From Thermoplasmata archaeon (GTDB lineage: Archaea > Thermoplasmatota > SW-10-69-26 > JACQPN01 > JAJPHT01): 64,000 bases of DNA. Below the pieces are notes generated by a model. It saw only the letters and a list, made by a program, of their open reading frames with translations, was not told where the DNA came from and did no database searches. The stretch spans positions 11,610 through 75,609 of the forward strand of contig JAXDQU010000106.1 in assembly GCA_034667685.1 (NCBI GenBank). Reading direction: 5' to 3'. The position numbers and the translations under genes were made by a program. Positions 8,124 through 16,548 of this stretch are shown in pieces. Numbering within the stretch: position 1 is the stretch's first letter; every line of letters begins with the position of its first letter.

Positions 8124-8846
8124 ATGCCTGAGGACTATGCAGCCTTCCTGAAGCGCGCACGCAGCAAGGTGCCCGAGAAGGTGGGCACGGGCGAGCGCTT
8201 CGTGATGCCGCAGATGGACGTCCTCCAGGAGGGCAAGCTCACCATCGTGCGCAACATGGCCGAGGTGCTCGACCGGCTCAACCGTCCCAGCGACCACCTC
8301 GTCCCGATCCTCCTGCGCGAGGTCGGCACGGCGGGCAGCTACGAGGACGGCCGCCTCACGCTCCAGGCCAAGGTCAGCCCGGACAGCCTCCAGACGCGCC
8401 TCGAGAAGTACGTCGAGACGTACGTCATCTGCGGCGAGTGCGGCCGCCCCGACACGCACCTCATGAAGGAGGAGCGCACGACCATCCTGAAGTGCGACGC
8501 GTGCGGCGCGCACCGGCCGATCAAGGGCGCGGCCAAGAAGGCCGCCGTCAAGCCCGAGGAGGCCGTCGTCGAGGGCAAGACCTACGAGGTCATGATCGAG
8601 GACAACGGCAAGCGCGGCGACGGCATCGCGCGGCGCGACCGCTACACCATCTTCGTGAAGGGCGCGCAGAAGGGCAACGTCTACCACGTCAAGATCGAGA
8701 AGGTCACGGGCACGCTCGCGTTCGGCGAGATCGTCAGCGCCGCGGCCGCGACGCCCAACACGGCCGGCCCCAAGACCGCCGCGCAGGCCGCCGCGGGCAA
8801 CAAGCCTGCTTCGGGCGCGAAGCCCGGCGGCCCCGCCAAGAAGTGA
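8124..8846 (+). CDS. translation initiation factor aIF2 beta subunit with C-terminal TRAM domain
   Basis: eIF2-beta/eIF5 core with the C4 zinc ribbon (CGECGRPDTHL...CDACGA), then TYEVMIEDNGKRGDGIARRDRYTIFVKGAQKGNVYHVKIEKVTGTLAFGEIV (TRAM-like beta-barrel) and an Ala/Lys/Pro-rich tail. Weak TTTATC ~28 nt upstream suggests a leaderless transcript. Confidence 0.8.
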   Translation: MPEDYAAFLKRARSKVPEKVGTGERFVMPQMDVLQEGKLTIVRNMAEVLDRLNRPSDHLVPILLREVGTAGSYEDGRLTLQAKVSPDSLQTRLEKYVETYVICGECGRPDTHLMKEERTTILKCDACGAHRPIKGAAKKAAVKPEEAVVEGKTYEVMIEDNGKRGDGIARRDRYTIFVKGAQKGNVYHVKIEKVTGTLAFGEIVSAAAATPNTAGPKTAAQAAAGNKPASGAKPGGPAKK

Positions 8847-8939
8847 TATCGCCGGAGGGCGGGGGGCGGGTCCCCGGCGCCCCCCGTTGGCCGAACCCTT
8901 TTTACGTGTCCCGAGGCTCCGCGCCCCAGAGGACCGCCC

Positions 8940-9716
8940 ATGGTCAACATCGTCACCCTCGTGAAGCAGTCGCCCGACGTCGAGGCGGTGCGCATCGGCG
9001 CCAACGGCGCGCCCGACCTGTCCGCCGCGGGCCTGAAGGTCTCCGACTACGACAAGAACGCCGTCGAGGCCGCGGTGCAGCTCAAGGAGAAGAACGCCGG
9101 GACGAAGGTCTTCGCGCTCTCGCTGGGCGGCGCCAAGCTGGAGGAGTCCATCAAGGAGGTCCTCGCGATGGGATGCGACGAGGCCGTCATGCTCACCGAC
9201 GCCGCGTTCGCGCAGGCGGACACCGCCGAGAAGGCGCGGCTGCTCGCGCTCGCGGTCAAGAAGATGGGCAACGTGGACCTCGTCATCGCCGCAGAGGAGT
9301 CGCTCGACTCGCACTCGGGGCAGACGGGCCCGCGCGTCGCCGAGGAGCTGGGCTGGCCGCTCGTGGCCTACGTCACCGACAACCTGCGTCTCGAAGGCAC
9401 GACGCTCAAGGCCGAGCGCGAGGTCGACGAGGGCATCGAGGAGGTCGAGGTGCAGCTCCCCGCCGTCATCACGGTGCTGGAGAGCCTCAACACGCCGCGC
9501 CTGCCCGCGCTCATGCAGATCCTCCAGGCGAAGAACAAGCCCAAGAAGACGTTCAGCGCCGCGGACCTCGGCGCGGGGACCGTCGCGCCCGTGCTATCAC
9601 GCCCCAAGAGCGAGGCGCCCAAGAGCGACCGCAAGGGCATCATGCTCCCCAACGACAACCTGGAGGCCGCGGCCGAGCAGCTTGCGAAGGCGCTCGCCAA
9701 GGAAGGGGTGATCTGA
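8940..9716 (+). CDS. etfB: electron transfer flavoprotein beta subunit
   Basis: Typical EtfB sequence (MVNIVTLVKQSPDVEAV...VFALSLGG...DLVIAAEESLDSHSGQTGPRVAE). Confidence 0.85.
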   Translation: MVNIVTLVKQSPDVEAVRIGANGAPDLSAAGLKVSDYDKNAVEAAVQLKEKNAGTKVFALSLGGAKLEESIKEVLAMGCDEAVMLTDAAFAQADTAEKARLLALAVKKMGNVDLVIAAEESLDSHSGQTGPRVAEELGWPLVAYVTDNLRLEGTTLKAEREVDEGIEEVEVQLPAVITVLESLNTPRLPALMQILQAKNKPKKTFSAADLGAGTVAPVLSRPKSEAPKSDRKGIMLPNDNLEAAAEQLAKALAKEGVI

Positions 9717-10661
9717 ATGAGCAACGTCGTCATCTGGGCACCCGAGGCGCGCCAGGCGCACGAGCTCGTCGCGAAGGCCAAGGAGCTGGGCCTCACGCCC
9801 GTCGTGCTCCACGTGGGCGCGGGCGACCCGCAGGCGTACGTCCAGCACGGCGCCGCGAAGGTCCTCGTGGCCGACTCGCCCAAGCTCGCCGACTTCCAGA
9901 GCGGCCCGATGACGGACGCGCTCGCCGACGCCGTCAAGCAGGTCGGCGCCAAGGCCGTGTTCCTCAGCGGCGGCCGCCGCGGCAAGGAGATCGCGCCCCG
10001 CCTGGGCGTCAAGCTCAAGGCCGGCGTCGTCACGCTCGCGCAGAAGGCGCGCAGCGAGGGCGGCAAGCTCGTCTTCGAGCGCATGTTCCTGGGCGGCAAG
10101 ACGCTCGCCACCGAGATCCCGCAGAGCGAGGTCGCGATCGCCACCTTCCCCGCGCGCCTCTTCGAGCCGCTCCCGGCCGACGCGGGCGCCAAGGGCGAGG
10201 TCGCCAAGCTCGCCGGCGAGATCCGTGATAGCAAAGTCAAGGTCACGAAGAAGATGCCGCGCAAGGAGAGCGGCGTCAACCTGGAGGCGGCGCCCGTCGT
10301 CGTGGGCGCGGGCCGCGGCTTCAAGTCGAAGGACGACCTCAAGCTCGCCTTCGACCTCGCGGCCACGATGGGCGGCCAGGTGGGCTGCTCGCGCCCCCTG
10401 GCGACGGACCTCGGCTGGCTCACCGACGAATACTGGATCGGCCTCTCCGGCAAGGAGGTCAAGCCCAAGGTCTACGTCGCCGCGGGCATCAGCGGCCAGA
10501 TCCAGCACACGACGGGCATCCGCAACAGCAAGCTCATCGTCGCGATCAACACGAACAAGGACGCGCCGATCTTCAAGATGGCCGACTATGGGATCGTCGG
10601 CGACTTGTACAAGGTGTTGCCCGCCCTCCAGGCTGCCGTGAAGAAGCAGAAGGGCCGGTAG
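9717..10661 (+). CDS. etfA: electron transfer flavoprotein alpha subunit
   Basis: FAD-binding C-terminal domain (PVVVGAGRGF...YVAAGISGQIQHTTGIRNSKLIVAINTNKDAPIF). Start is adjacent to the etfB stop. Confidence 0.85.
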   Translation: MSNVVIWAPEARQAHELVAKAKELGLTPVVLHVGAGDPQAYVQHGAAKVLVADSPKLADFQSGPMTDALADAVKQVGAKAVFLSGGRRGKEIAPRLGVKLKAGVVTLAQKARSEGGKLVFERMFLGGKTLATEIPQSEVAIATFPARLFEPLPADAGAKGEVAKLAGEIRDSKVKVTKKMPRKESGVNLEAAPVVVGAGRGFKSKDDLKLAFDLAATMGGQVGCSRPLATDLGWLTDEYWIGLSGKEVKPKVYVAAGISGQIQHTTGIRNSKLIVAINTNKDAPIFKMADYGIVGDLYKVLPALQAAVKKQKGR

Positions 10662-10667
10662 GTCGTC

Positions 10668-10922
10668 CTACAGGATCGTGCACGGCGTCAGCACGGGCCC
10701 CGAGCAGTCGAGGACGTTCCAGTAGAGGCACTGCACGTCCGGGCTGTTGGGGCACCACGTCTCGTCCGAGTTGACGAACGTGTTGCCGGTGCCGCAGTGC
10801 ACGTGCTCCCACCAGTCCCAGACGACGACCTGGCACGAGACGGGCGCGGTGGCCGAGGCGGCGGGGACGAGCAGGAAGGGGATCGCGACGAGGCTCGCGG
10901 CGAGGAGGAGGTTGCGGAGCAT
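10668..10922 (-). CDS. small secreted Cys-rich protein, tandem paralog 3 of 3
   Basis: Signal peptide MLRNLLLAASLVAIPFLLVPAASA. ~60-aa mature region with 6 conserved Cys ending ...LDCSGPVLTPCTIL. Confidence 0.5.
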   Translation of the reverse strand: MLRNLLLAASLVAIPFLLVPAASATAPVSCQVVVWDWWEHVHCGTGNTFVNSDETWCPNSPDVQCLYWNVLDCSGPVLTPCTIL

Positions 10923-10932
10923 CGCGTCCACC

Positions 10933-11175
10933 TCAGAGCACCGTGCACGGGAAGAGCAGCGTGCCGTCGCAGACGAGGATGTCGAAGTAGCCGCAGCGCG
11001 AGCCGGGCGGGCACCAGTTCTCGGAGGAGCTGACCGCGGTGGTCGTGGTGCCGCAGTGGACGCTCTCGTCCCAGTCCTGCACCGTGACCTGGCAGGTGGG
11101 CGAGCCGATCGAGGCGCTCGCGGCGGGAACGGAGAGAAGGACGACGAGAAGGGAAAGCAGCGTGGCGCGGAGCAT
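10933..11175 (-). CDS. small secreted Cys-rich protein, tandem paralog 2 of 3
   Basis: Signal peptide MLRATLLSLLVVLLSVPAASA. Same Cys framework (CQVTVQDW...HCG...WCP...C...LVCDGTLLFPCTVL). Confidence 0.5.
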   Translation of the reverse strand: MLRATLLSLLVVLLSVPAASASIGSPTCQVTVQDWDESVHCGTTTTAVSSSENWCPPGSRCGYFDILVCDGTLLFPCTVL

Positions 11176-11257
11176 GGCGGGGGTCACCGCGCCCGTCAGC
11201 GCCCGCGCAAGGGATAGCCGTGACGGAGCGCAACGCGCGCGTTGCGCGCCGCGGCGC

Positions 11258-11509
11258 TCAGAGCAGCGTGCACGGGAAGAGCAGGCTGCCGGTGCAGGCC
11301 AGGATCGTGCCGTCGGCGCAGAGCGTCGGGCTGGGGCACCAGGTCACGCTCCCGGCCGGGCCGACGTTGCTGACCTTGCAGCCGTACGTGGCGTCCCAGA
11401 AGTTGAGGACGAACGAGCAGCTCGCGGGCACCGCGGCGGCGGCCGAGCCGGCGAGCGCGACGGGCAGGAGGACGAGGAGCGCCGAGACGAGGATCGTGGG
11501 GGTTCGCAT
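11258..11509 (-). CDS. small secreted Cys-rich protein, tandem paralog 1 of 3
   Basis: Signal peptide MRTPTILVSALLVLLPVALAGSAAA. CSFVLNFW...YGC...WCP...C...LACTGSLLFPCTLL. Confidence 0.5.
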   Translation of the reverse strand: MRTPTILVSALLVLLPVALAGSAAAAVPASCSFVLNFWDATYGCKVSNVGPAGSVTWCPSPTLCADGTILACTGSLLFPCTLL

Positions 11510-11579
11510 GGGGGAATTCCCGCGCCCGGAACGGGCCACCGAGGCTTGGCTCCTTGGGTGCAGCCGCGCGGGTGCTGCC

Positions 11580-13154
11580 CTACTTCACGTGCACCACGAA
11601 GCGGCACTTGGCGTCGCCGCGCGACTCGCACGAGACCTCCGCGCCGCGCGCCGGGGCGTCGCCGTGCAGGCGCGAGGCGGCGCCCGTCGCGTAGCCCAGG
11701 GCGAGATAGCACGTCGTGGCGCGCGAGCCGGGCGACTTCTCGAAGAGGTCCGAGCCGGTGAACTCGTAGCGCCCGGCGTCCGCGGAGGTCGTCTCGATGC
11801 GGCCCAGGCCCATCTCGGCGTAGGCGCGCGAGAAGGCGTCGAGGTCCTGGGCCTCCGCGGTGCGCGCGAGCGACTCGCCCAGCCGCAGCAGCGCGCTCGC
11901 GTCGGCGTGCGTCTCGTCCATCAGCGCGCGGACGATGCGGCGCACCAGCGGGCGCGCCACGCGCGAGGAGACCAGCCGCTCGCGCGCCTCGTCGAGCTCG
12001 TGGAGCGCGCGGGCGTTGGCGAGCGTGGCGGAGGCCTCGGCCGCGACGATGGCGAGGAGGTTGCGGTCCACCGGCGCGAAGCGCGCGTTGCTGCGCCGGT
12101 TCGGGTGGATCAGCAGCGCGCCCATCTTCGCGCCGCCGGGGCCTTCGAGCGTCGCGGCCATCGGCGGCTCGCTGCTCGCACCCCCTTCGAAGTCGAGGCT
12201 CCACCGGCGCTCGCGGCCGTCCTGCTCGACGACGAGCGTCGTGCGCCCCGCCTGGAAGACGTCGCCGCAGGTCTGGAGGATGCGCGTCGCGGCGCGCTCG
12301 AAGTCCTTCTCGCCCACCAGGGCGCGCGTCATCCCGCTGAGGCGATCGTGGACGAGCGCCTCCCTCTCGGTGCGCGCCACGAGGCCGACGTGCTCGCGCG
12401 CGAGGTAGGCGAAGGGCACGAGCGCCGCGACGGCCACGGGATGGACGTTCCAGAGCGCCCACGTCGCGAGCCCGCCCGCGATGCCCAGCGCGACGTGCAG
12501 CAGCGTGGGGATCCAGAAGCGCTCGCCGAAGACGACGTGGACCGCGACGCGCTCGCGCAGCGAGAAGACGCTGGAGACGAGGACGTGCGTGACGAAGGTG
12601 TAGGCGACGAGGGCGCCGCAGATGGCGACGAGGGGCGGCGCGACGAGCTGGAGGAAGAGGTACGTCGAGACGCAGGCGCCGCCCGCGAGCGCGAGGACGG
12701 CGACGTTGGCCGCGGCGCGCAGGAGCGGCCGGCGCGTCTTGACCTGGTAGGCCGTCATCGGCACGATGGCGAAGAGGACGACGAACGGCAGCGGCAGCGC
12801 GAGGAGGGCGAGGAAGACGAGCACCTCGTCGGGACCGAGGGCGATGCGCTGCCCGCGCCAGTCGAAGAGGATGAGCCGGTTGAGGATCAGCCACGAGGCG
12901 GCGACGAGCCCGGCCAGGAGAAGCCAGCGCGGCGCGTCCATGCTCCCCGTGGCGGTGGGGAGCGCCCAGAGCGCGGTGGCGAGCACGACGGCGCCACCCG
13001 CCGCGAGGGAAGCCAGGTACGGGTCCACGAGGCGCGTCGGGTCGAAGGGCTGCGCGGGAGCGTACGCGTTCGCCATCGGCCGACCCGTCACCCTTCCCCG
13101 TGGGGCGCCTTCTTCAGGGTGCCGCATGTCCGGATTCTCACGAACGATGCTCAT
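11580..13154 (-). CDS. membrane sensor protein: N-terminal polytopic TM domain, central GAF-like region, C-terminal V4R domain
   Basis: ~7 hydrophobic helices in the first 250 aa. The C-terminus (TTCYLALGYATGAASRLHG...EVSCESRGDAKCRFVV) matches the V4R (4-vinyl reductase-like) small-molecule-binding domain. Start could be an internal Met (MANAYAP). Confidence 0.55.
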   Translation of the reverse strand: MSIVRENPDMRHPEEGAPRGRVTGRPMANAYAPAQPFDPTRLVDPYLASLAAGGAVVLATALWALPTATGSMDAPRWLLLAGLVAASWLILNRLILFDWRGQRIALGPDEVLVFLALLALPLPFVVLFAIVPMTAYQVKTRRPLLRAAANVAVLALAGGACVSTYLFLQLVAPPLVAICGALVAYTFVTHVLVSSVFSLRERVAVHVVFGERFWIPTLLHVALGIAGGLATWALWNVHPVAVAALVPFAYLAREHVGLVARTEREALVHDRLSGMTRALVGEKDFERAATRILQTCGDVFQAGRTTLVVEQDGRERRWSLDFEGGASSEPPMAATLEGPGGAKMGALLIHPNRRSNARFAPVDRNLLAIVAAEASATLANARALHELDEARERLVSSRVARPLVRRIVRALMDETHADASALLRLGESLARTAEAQDLDAFSRAYAEMGLGRIETTSADAGRYEFTGSDLFEKSPGSRATTCYLALGYATGAASRLHGDAPARGAEVSCESRGDAKCRFVVHVK

Positions 13155-13207
13155 GGCCGGCTGCGCCGACGGCGGGCTTTTCTCCCCGGCCCCGTGTGTG
13201 GGCGCGC

Positions 13208-13465
13208 ATGCGCTCCCTCCTTCTCGTCGCGCTCCTGGCGACCCCGGTCCTCGCCGCGCTCGCCACGCCCACCGCCTCCGCGACCTGCGCCACGCAGGAC
13301 GTCACGGTCAACGGCCAGGTCGTCGCCAGCCTGCTCTACGACGCGCCCAGCAAGGGCGGCCCGATCTGCATCACGCGCCTCACCGTGTACGAGTGCTCCG
13401 CCACGACCACGACGGACCTCGCGCGCGTGCTGACGTGCTCGTCCACGCCCTTCGTCGTGCTCTGA
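13208..13465 (+). CDS. small secreted Cys-rich protein
   Basis: Signal peptide MRSLLLVALLATPVLAALATPTASA. 60-aa mature region with 6 Cys ending TCSSTPFVVL. Confidence 0.45.
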   Translation: MRSLLLVALLATPVLAALATPTASATCATQDVTVNGQVVASLLYDAPSKGGPICITRLTVYECSATTTTDLARVLTCSSTPFVVL

Positions 13466-13502
13466 GGCGAGGCCTCAAGAGCCCGGGCCCGCCTGCTCGC
13501 GC

Positions 13503-14288
13503 GTGCGGCGCGCGGCGCTCCTCCTTGTCCTGCTCGTGCTGGCCGGCTGCGCCGGACCCACGGGGGCGTGCGACGTGGGGTGCCACCGCGTCTGGCAGGC
13601 GCAGGACCTCGCCGCGGGCTCCTACGACGCGCTCTCGGCCGGCGCGCGCCTCGCGCCCGCATCAGGGATCGCCTTGCCGAACGCCACGCTCGCGGCGCTC
13701 TACGGCGAAAGCTATCGCGTCGCGAGCCTCGTCTACGCGCCCAACGCGAGCGAGGACGCCCGCGCGACGCTGCTGCTCAACGGCACCGCGCCGCGCCTCG
13801 TCGTGGCCGTGCCCCCGACGTGGAACGCGACGCGCATCGAGGCGCTGGCCCGCGGCGCGTTGGCGAACCTGACCCGCGCGGACCTCGCGCCGATCCTCGC
13901 CGCGCTCGAAGCCAACCGCACGGAAGGCGCGTGCTGCCCCGCGCGGACGACGCTCTCCGCCGACCTCGCGGCGCCGCTGAACGTCTCGGGCCTCTGGGCG
14001 CGCCTCAAGCCCGTCGTGCGCGGCGACGAGGACCACCACCTCGACGGCGGCGAGCCCGTGACGAAGGGCGCATGGTCGTTCCTCCTCTCCTTCCCGACCG
14101 CGAGCGTCCAGGCCGGCTCGCCCGACGGGACGCTCCACGCGGAGGCCAACGCGCGCGGCCGCTACAGCGTGCTCCTGGAGCTGCCGCGCGACGAGAACGC
14201 GACGCAGGCGCGCGCCGCGCTCCACGCGCTGCTCGTGGCCGCCGGCGCGCGCGACGACGTGGACTGGGCGCTCGTGCCCGCCGCGTGA
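13503..14288 (+). CDS. putative lipoprotein / secreted glycoprotein
   Basis: GTG start. Lipobox-like LLVLAGCAG. Eight N-x-S/T sequons (NAT, NAS, NGT, NAT, NLT, NRT, NVS, NAT). Confidence 0.5.
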   Translation: MRRAALLLVLLVLAGCAGPTGACDVGCHRVWQAQDLAAGSYDALSAGARLAPASGIALPNATLAALYGESYRVASLVYAPNASEDARATLLLNGTAPRLVVAVPPTWNATRIEALARGALANLTRADLAPILAALEANRTEGACCPARTTLSADLAAPLNVSGLWARLKPVVRGDEDHHLDGGEPVTKGAWSFLLSFPTASVQAGSPDGTLHAEANARGRYSVLLELPRDENATQARAALHALLVAAGARDDVDWALVPAA

Positions 14289-14318
14289 TTCAAGCCTCGG
14301 CCCCGCGATGCGCGCCGC

Positions 14319-15305
14319 ATGGGCTCCGTCGAGCAGGGTGCGCGCAACGCCATCGAGGTCTGCATGGGCGTCAAGCCGGGCGAGTCGGTCGTCCTCGTCA
14401 CCGACCGCAAGGTCCCCGAGGTGGGCGACGCGCTGGAGAAGGCCGCGCGCAAGATCACCGACCACGTCCACCGCTTCGTCCTGGAGGACTTCGGCGCGCG
14501 GCCGCTCACGGACGTGCCGAAGGCGTTGGCGCAGGCCGCCGAGAAGGCGGACGTCTCGATCTGGGCCGCGAGCAGCGCCAAGGGCGAATTGCCCGTGCGC
14601 ATGGCGTACCGCAAGCACCTGGGCAACGCGCGCCACGGCCACATGCCCGGCGTCACGAAGGAGCTCATGGAGCAGGGCATGAACGCCGACTACGACGCCG
14701 TCGCCGACCTCACGACGCGCCTCTTCGAGCGCGTGCAGGGCATCCGCAAGGCGCGCGTCACGAACCCCCACGGCACCGACTTCGAGGTCCTCTTCCACCC
14801 CGACTGGAAGTGGCTCCCCGACACGGGCAAGTTCCACCACCAAGGCGACTGGGGCAACCTCCCCGCGGGCGAGGTCTACACCGCCCCCGTCTGGCTCCAC
14901 GGCACCATCGTCACGAACCTGCTCGGAGACTTCTTCTCCGAGAAATACAAGGAGCTCAAGCCGCCCATGCGCTTCGAGATCAAGGACAGCCGCCTCCAGG
15001 TCGACACGATCCACGGCGCCTCGCCCGAATGCGTCCGCGAGTTCAAGGAATACCTCCTGAGCGACCCCAACGGCACGCGCGCCGGCGAGTTCGCCATGGG
15101 CACCAACCTCGGCCTCACGCGCCTCGTGGGCAACCTCCTCCAGGACGAGAAGATCCCGGGCGTGCACGTCGCGTTCGGCAACCCCTACCCGGAGCAGACC
15201 GGCGCGCCCTGGCACGCCAAGACGCACGTCGACGTCGTCATGCTGGAGACCGACGTGTGGCTCGACGGCGTGCAGGTGCAGAAGCGCGGCAAGTACGTCT
15301 TCTGA
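14319..15305 (+). CDS. M29-family (AmpS/aminopeptidase T-like) aminopeptidase
   Basis: Similarity blocks to thermophilic aminopeptidases (NPHGTDFEV...HHQGDWGNLPAGEVYTAPV...GEFAMGTN...GVHVAFGNPY). Confidence 0.6.
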   Translation: MGSVEQGARNAIEVCMGVKPGESVVLVTDRKVPEVGDALEKAARKITDHVHRFVLEDFGARPLTDVPKALAQAAEKADVSIWAASSAKGELPVRMAYRKHLGNARHGHMPGVTKELMEQGMNADYDAVADLTTRLFERVQGIRKARVTNPHGTDFEVLFHPDWKWLPDTGKFHHQGDWGNLPAGEVYTAPVWLHGTIVTNLLGDFFSEKYKELKPPMRFEIKDSRLQVDTIHGASPECVREFKEYLLSDPNGTRAGEFAMGTNLGLTRLVGNLLQDEKIPGVHVAFGNPYPEQTGAPWHAKTHVDVVMLETDVWLDGVQVQKRGKYVF

Positions 15306-15308
15306 AGG

Positions 15309-15351
15309 GACTCGGGGCTCTGGACTCAAGGCTCCGGAGCCCCGAGTCCTG
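15309..15351 (+). repeat. hairpin (GGACTCGGGGCTC ... GAGCCCCGAGTCC) immediately 3' of the aminopeptidase gene
   Basis: 13-bp perfect inverted repeat with a ~17-nt loop, starting 4 nt after the stop codon. Confidence 0.4.
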
Positions 15352-15420
15352 AGCCCAGAGCCCCGAGCCCGCCACGTCTTTGCGATATGGTTTTCCCTCG
15401 CCGCCCCCTAGGCAAGCACG

Positions 15421-16548
15421 GTGGACGCGAGCCAGATCCTCCAACCCCTCGCGAACGGGGTCGTCTTCGGCGCGATCCTCGCGCTCTGCGCCATCGGCCT
15501 GACGCTGATCTACGGCATCCTCAACCTCTCCAGCTTCGCGCACGGCGACACGCTCGCCTTCGGCGCGTACATGGCGTTCTTCTTCGGGACCTCGCTGTAC
15601 CGGGGCGCGCAGATCGTGCCCCTCGCGCTGGGCGCCGCGGCGCTGCTCTTGATCGCCGTCGGGGCGGATCGCCTCTGGACGCGCAGGCTCGTGCGGCTGG
15701 AGCGCTGGACGCTCCTGGGCTTCGCCGCCGCGCTGGCGCTCGACGCCGCCTACGTGCGGCTCATGCAGGGCGGCGCGTGGGCCGGCACGACGGACCGCGT
15801 GCTCGTCCTCGCGGCGCTGCTCGCCATCGCCGCCACCGTCGCGCTCACCGTCCTCTTCGAGTTCGTCCTCTGGCGGCCGCTGCGCCGCAAGGGCGCCACG
15901 GTGCTCAGCCTCGTCATCGCGAGCCTCGGCCTCTCGCTCGTGATCCGCAACGGCCTCCAGATGTACTTCGGCGGCGACCAGGTCTCGCTCGAGCGCGGCG
16001 TCGACGAGAGCGCGACCTACCTGGGCGTCCACGTCAGCAGCGCGCAGTGGCTGACGCTGCTCCTGGCCGCGGTCGTCATCCTGGGCGTCCACCTCTTCAT
16101 GACGCGCGCCCGCACCGGCAAGGCCATGCGCGCGCTCGCCGACAACCGCGACCTCGCGCGCGTCTGCGGCATCGACGTGGACCGCGTGATCGTCTACGTC
16201 TGGGTCCTCGCCGCCGCGCTGGTCGCGCTCGCGGGCGTGCTGCTCTGCCTCAACAGCAACAACAGCCTCCGCGTGGACATGGGGTTCAACGTCCTGATCC
16301 CCATCTTCGCGGCCGTCCTCCTGGGCGGCATCGGCAGCCCCTACGGCGCGATGCTGGGCGGGCTCGTCGTGGGCGTCGCCATGCGCGCGGGCCCCGGGCT
16401 CATGTTCGTCCTGCTATCACGGACCGGCGGCCCCGGCTGGCTCATGCGCGACCTGGGCAACACCGCCTACGACCTCGCGTGGGCCTTCGTCGTCCTCGTG
16501 CTCGTGCTCCTCTTCCGGCCGCAGGGCATCCTCGGGAGGAAGGCGTAG
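15421..16548 (+). CDS. livH: branched-chain amino-acid ABC transporter permease
   Basis: GTG start. LivH-type polytopic permease (LANGVVFGAILALCAIGLTLIYG...). Confidence 0.85.
   Translation: MDASQILQPLANGVVFGAILALCAIGLTLIYGILNLSSFAHGDTLAFGAYMAFFFGTSLYRGAQIVPLALGAAALLLIAVGADRLWTRRLVRLERWTLLGFAAALALDAAYVRLMQGGAWAGTTDRVLVLAALLAIAATVALTVLFEFVLWRPLRRKGATVLSLVIASLGLSLVIRNGLQMYFGGDQVSLERGVDESATYLGVHVSSAQWLTLLLAAVVILGVHLFMTRARTGKAMRALADNRDLARVCGIDVDRVIVYVWVLAAALVALAGVLLCLNSNNSLRVDMGFNVLIPIFAAVLLGGIGSPYGAMLGGLVVGVAMRAGPGLMFVLLSRTGGPGWLMRDLGNTAYDLAWAFVVLVLVLLFRPQGILGRKA

Noticed and set aside
12766-13872. 368-aa plus-strand ORF overlapping the V4R sensor gene and the small secreted gene
   Set aside because: Low-complexity Arg/Ala/Ser translation that spans an intergenic region and two differently oriented real genes. 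A shadow frame.
15306-15380. Possible third copy of the MITE-like element (CCCCGAG repeats after the aminopeptidase gene)
   Set aside because: It shares only a short GC-rich motif flavour. It lacks the GCATGCGACGCGGCG termini and is better explained as a simple 13-bp hairpin.
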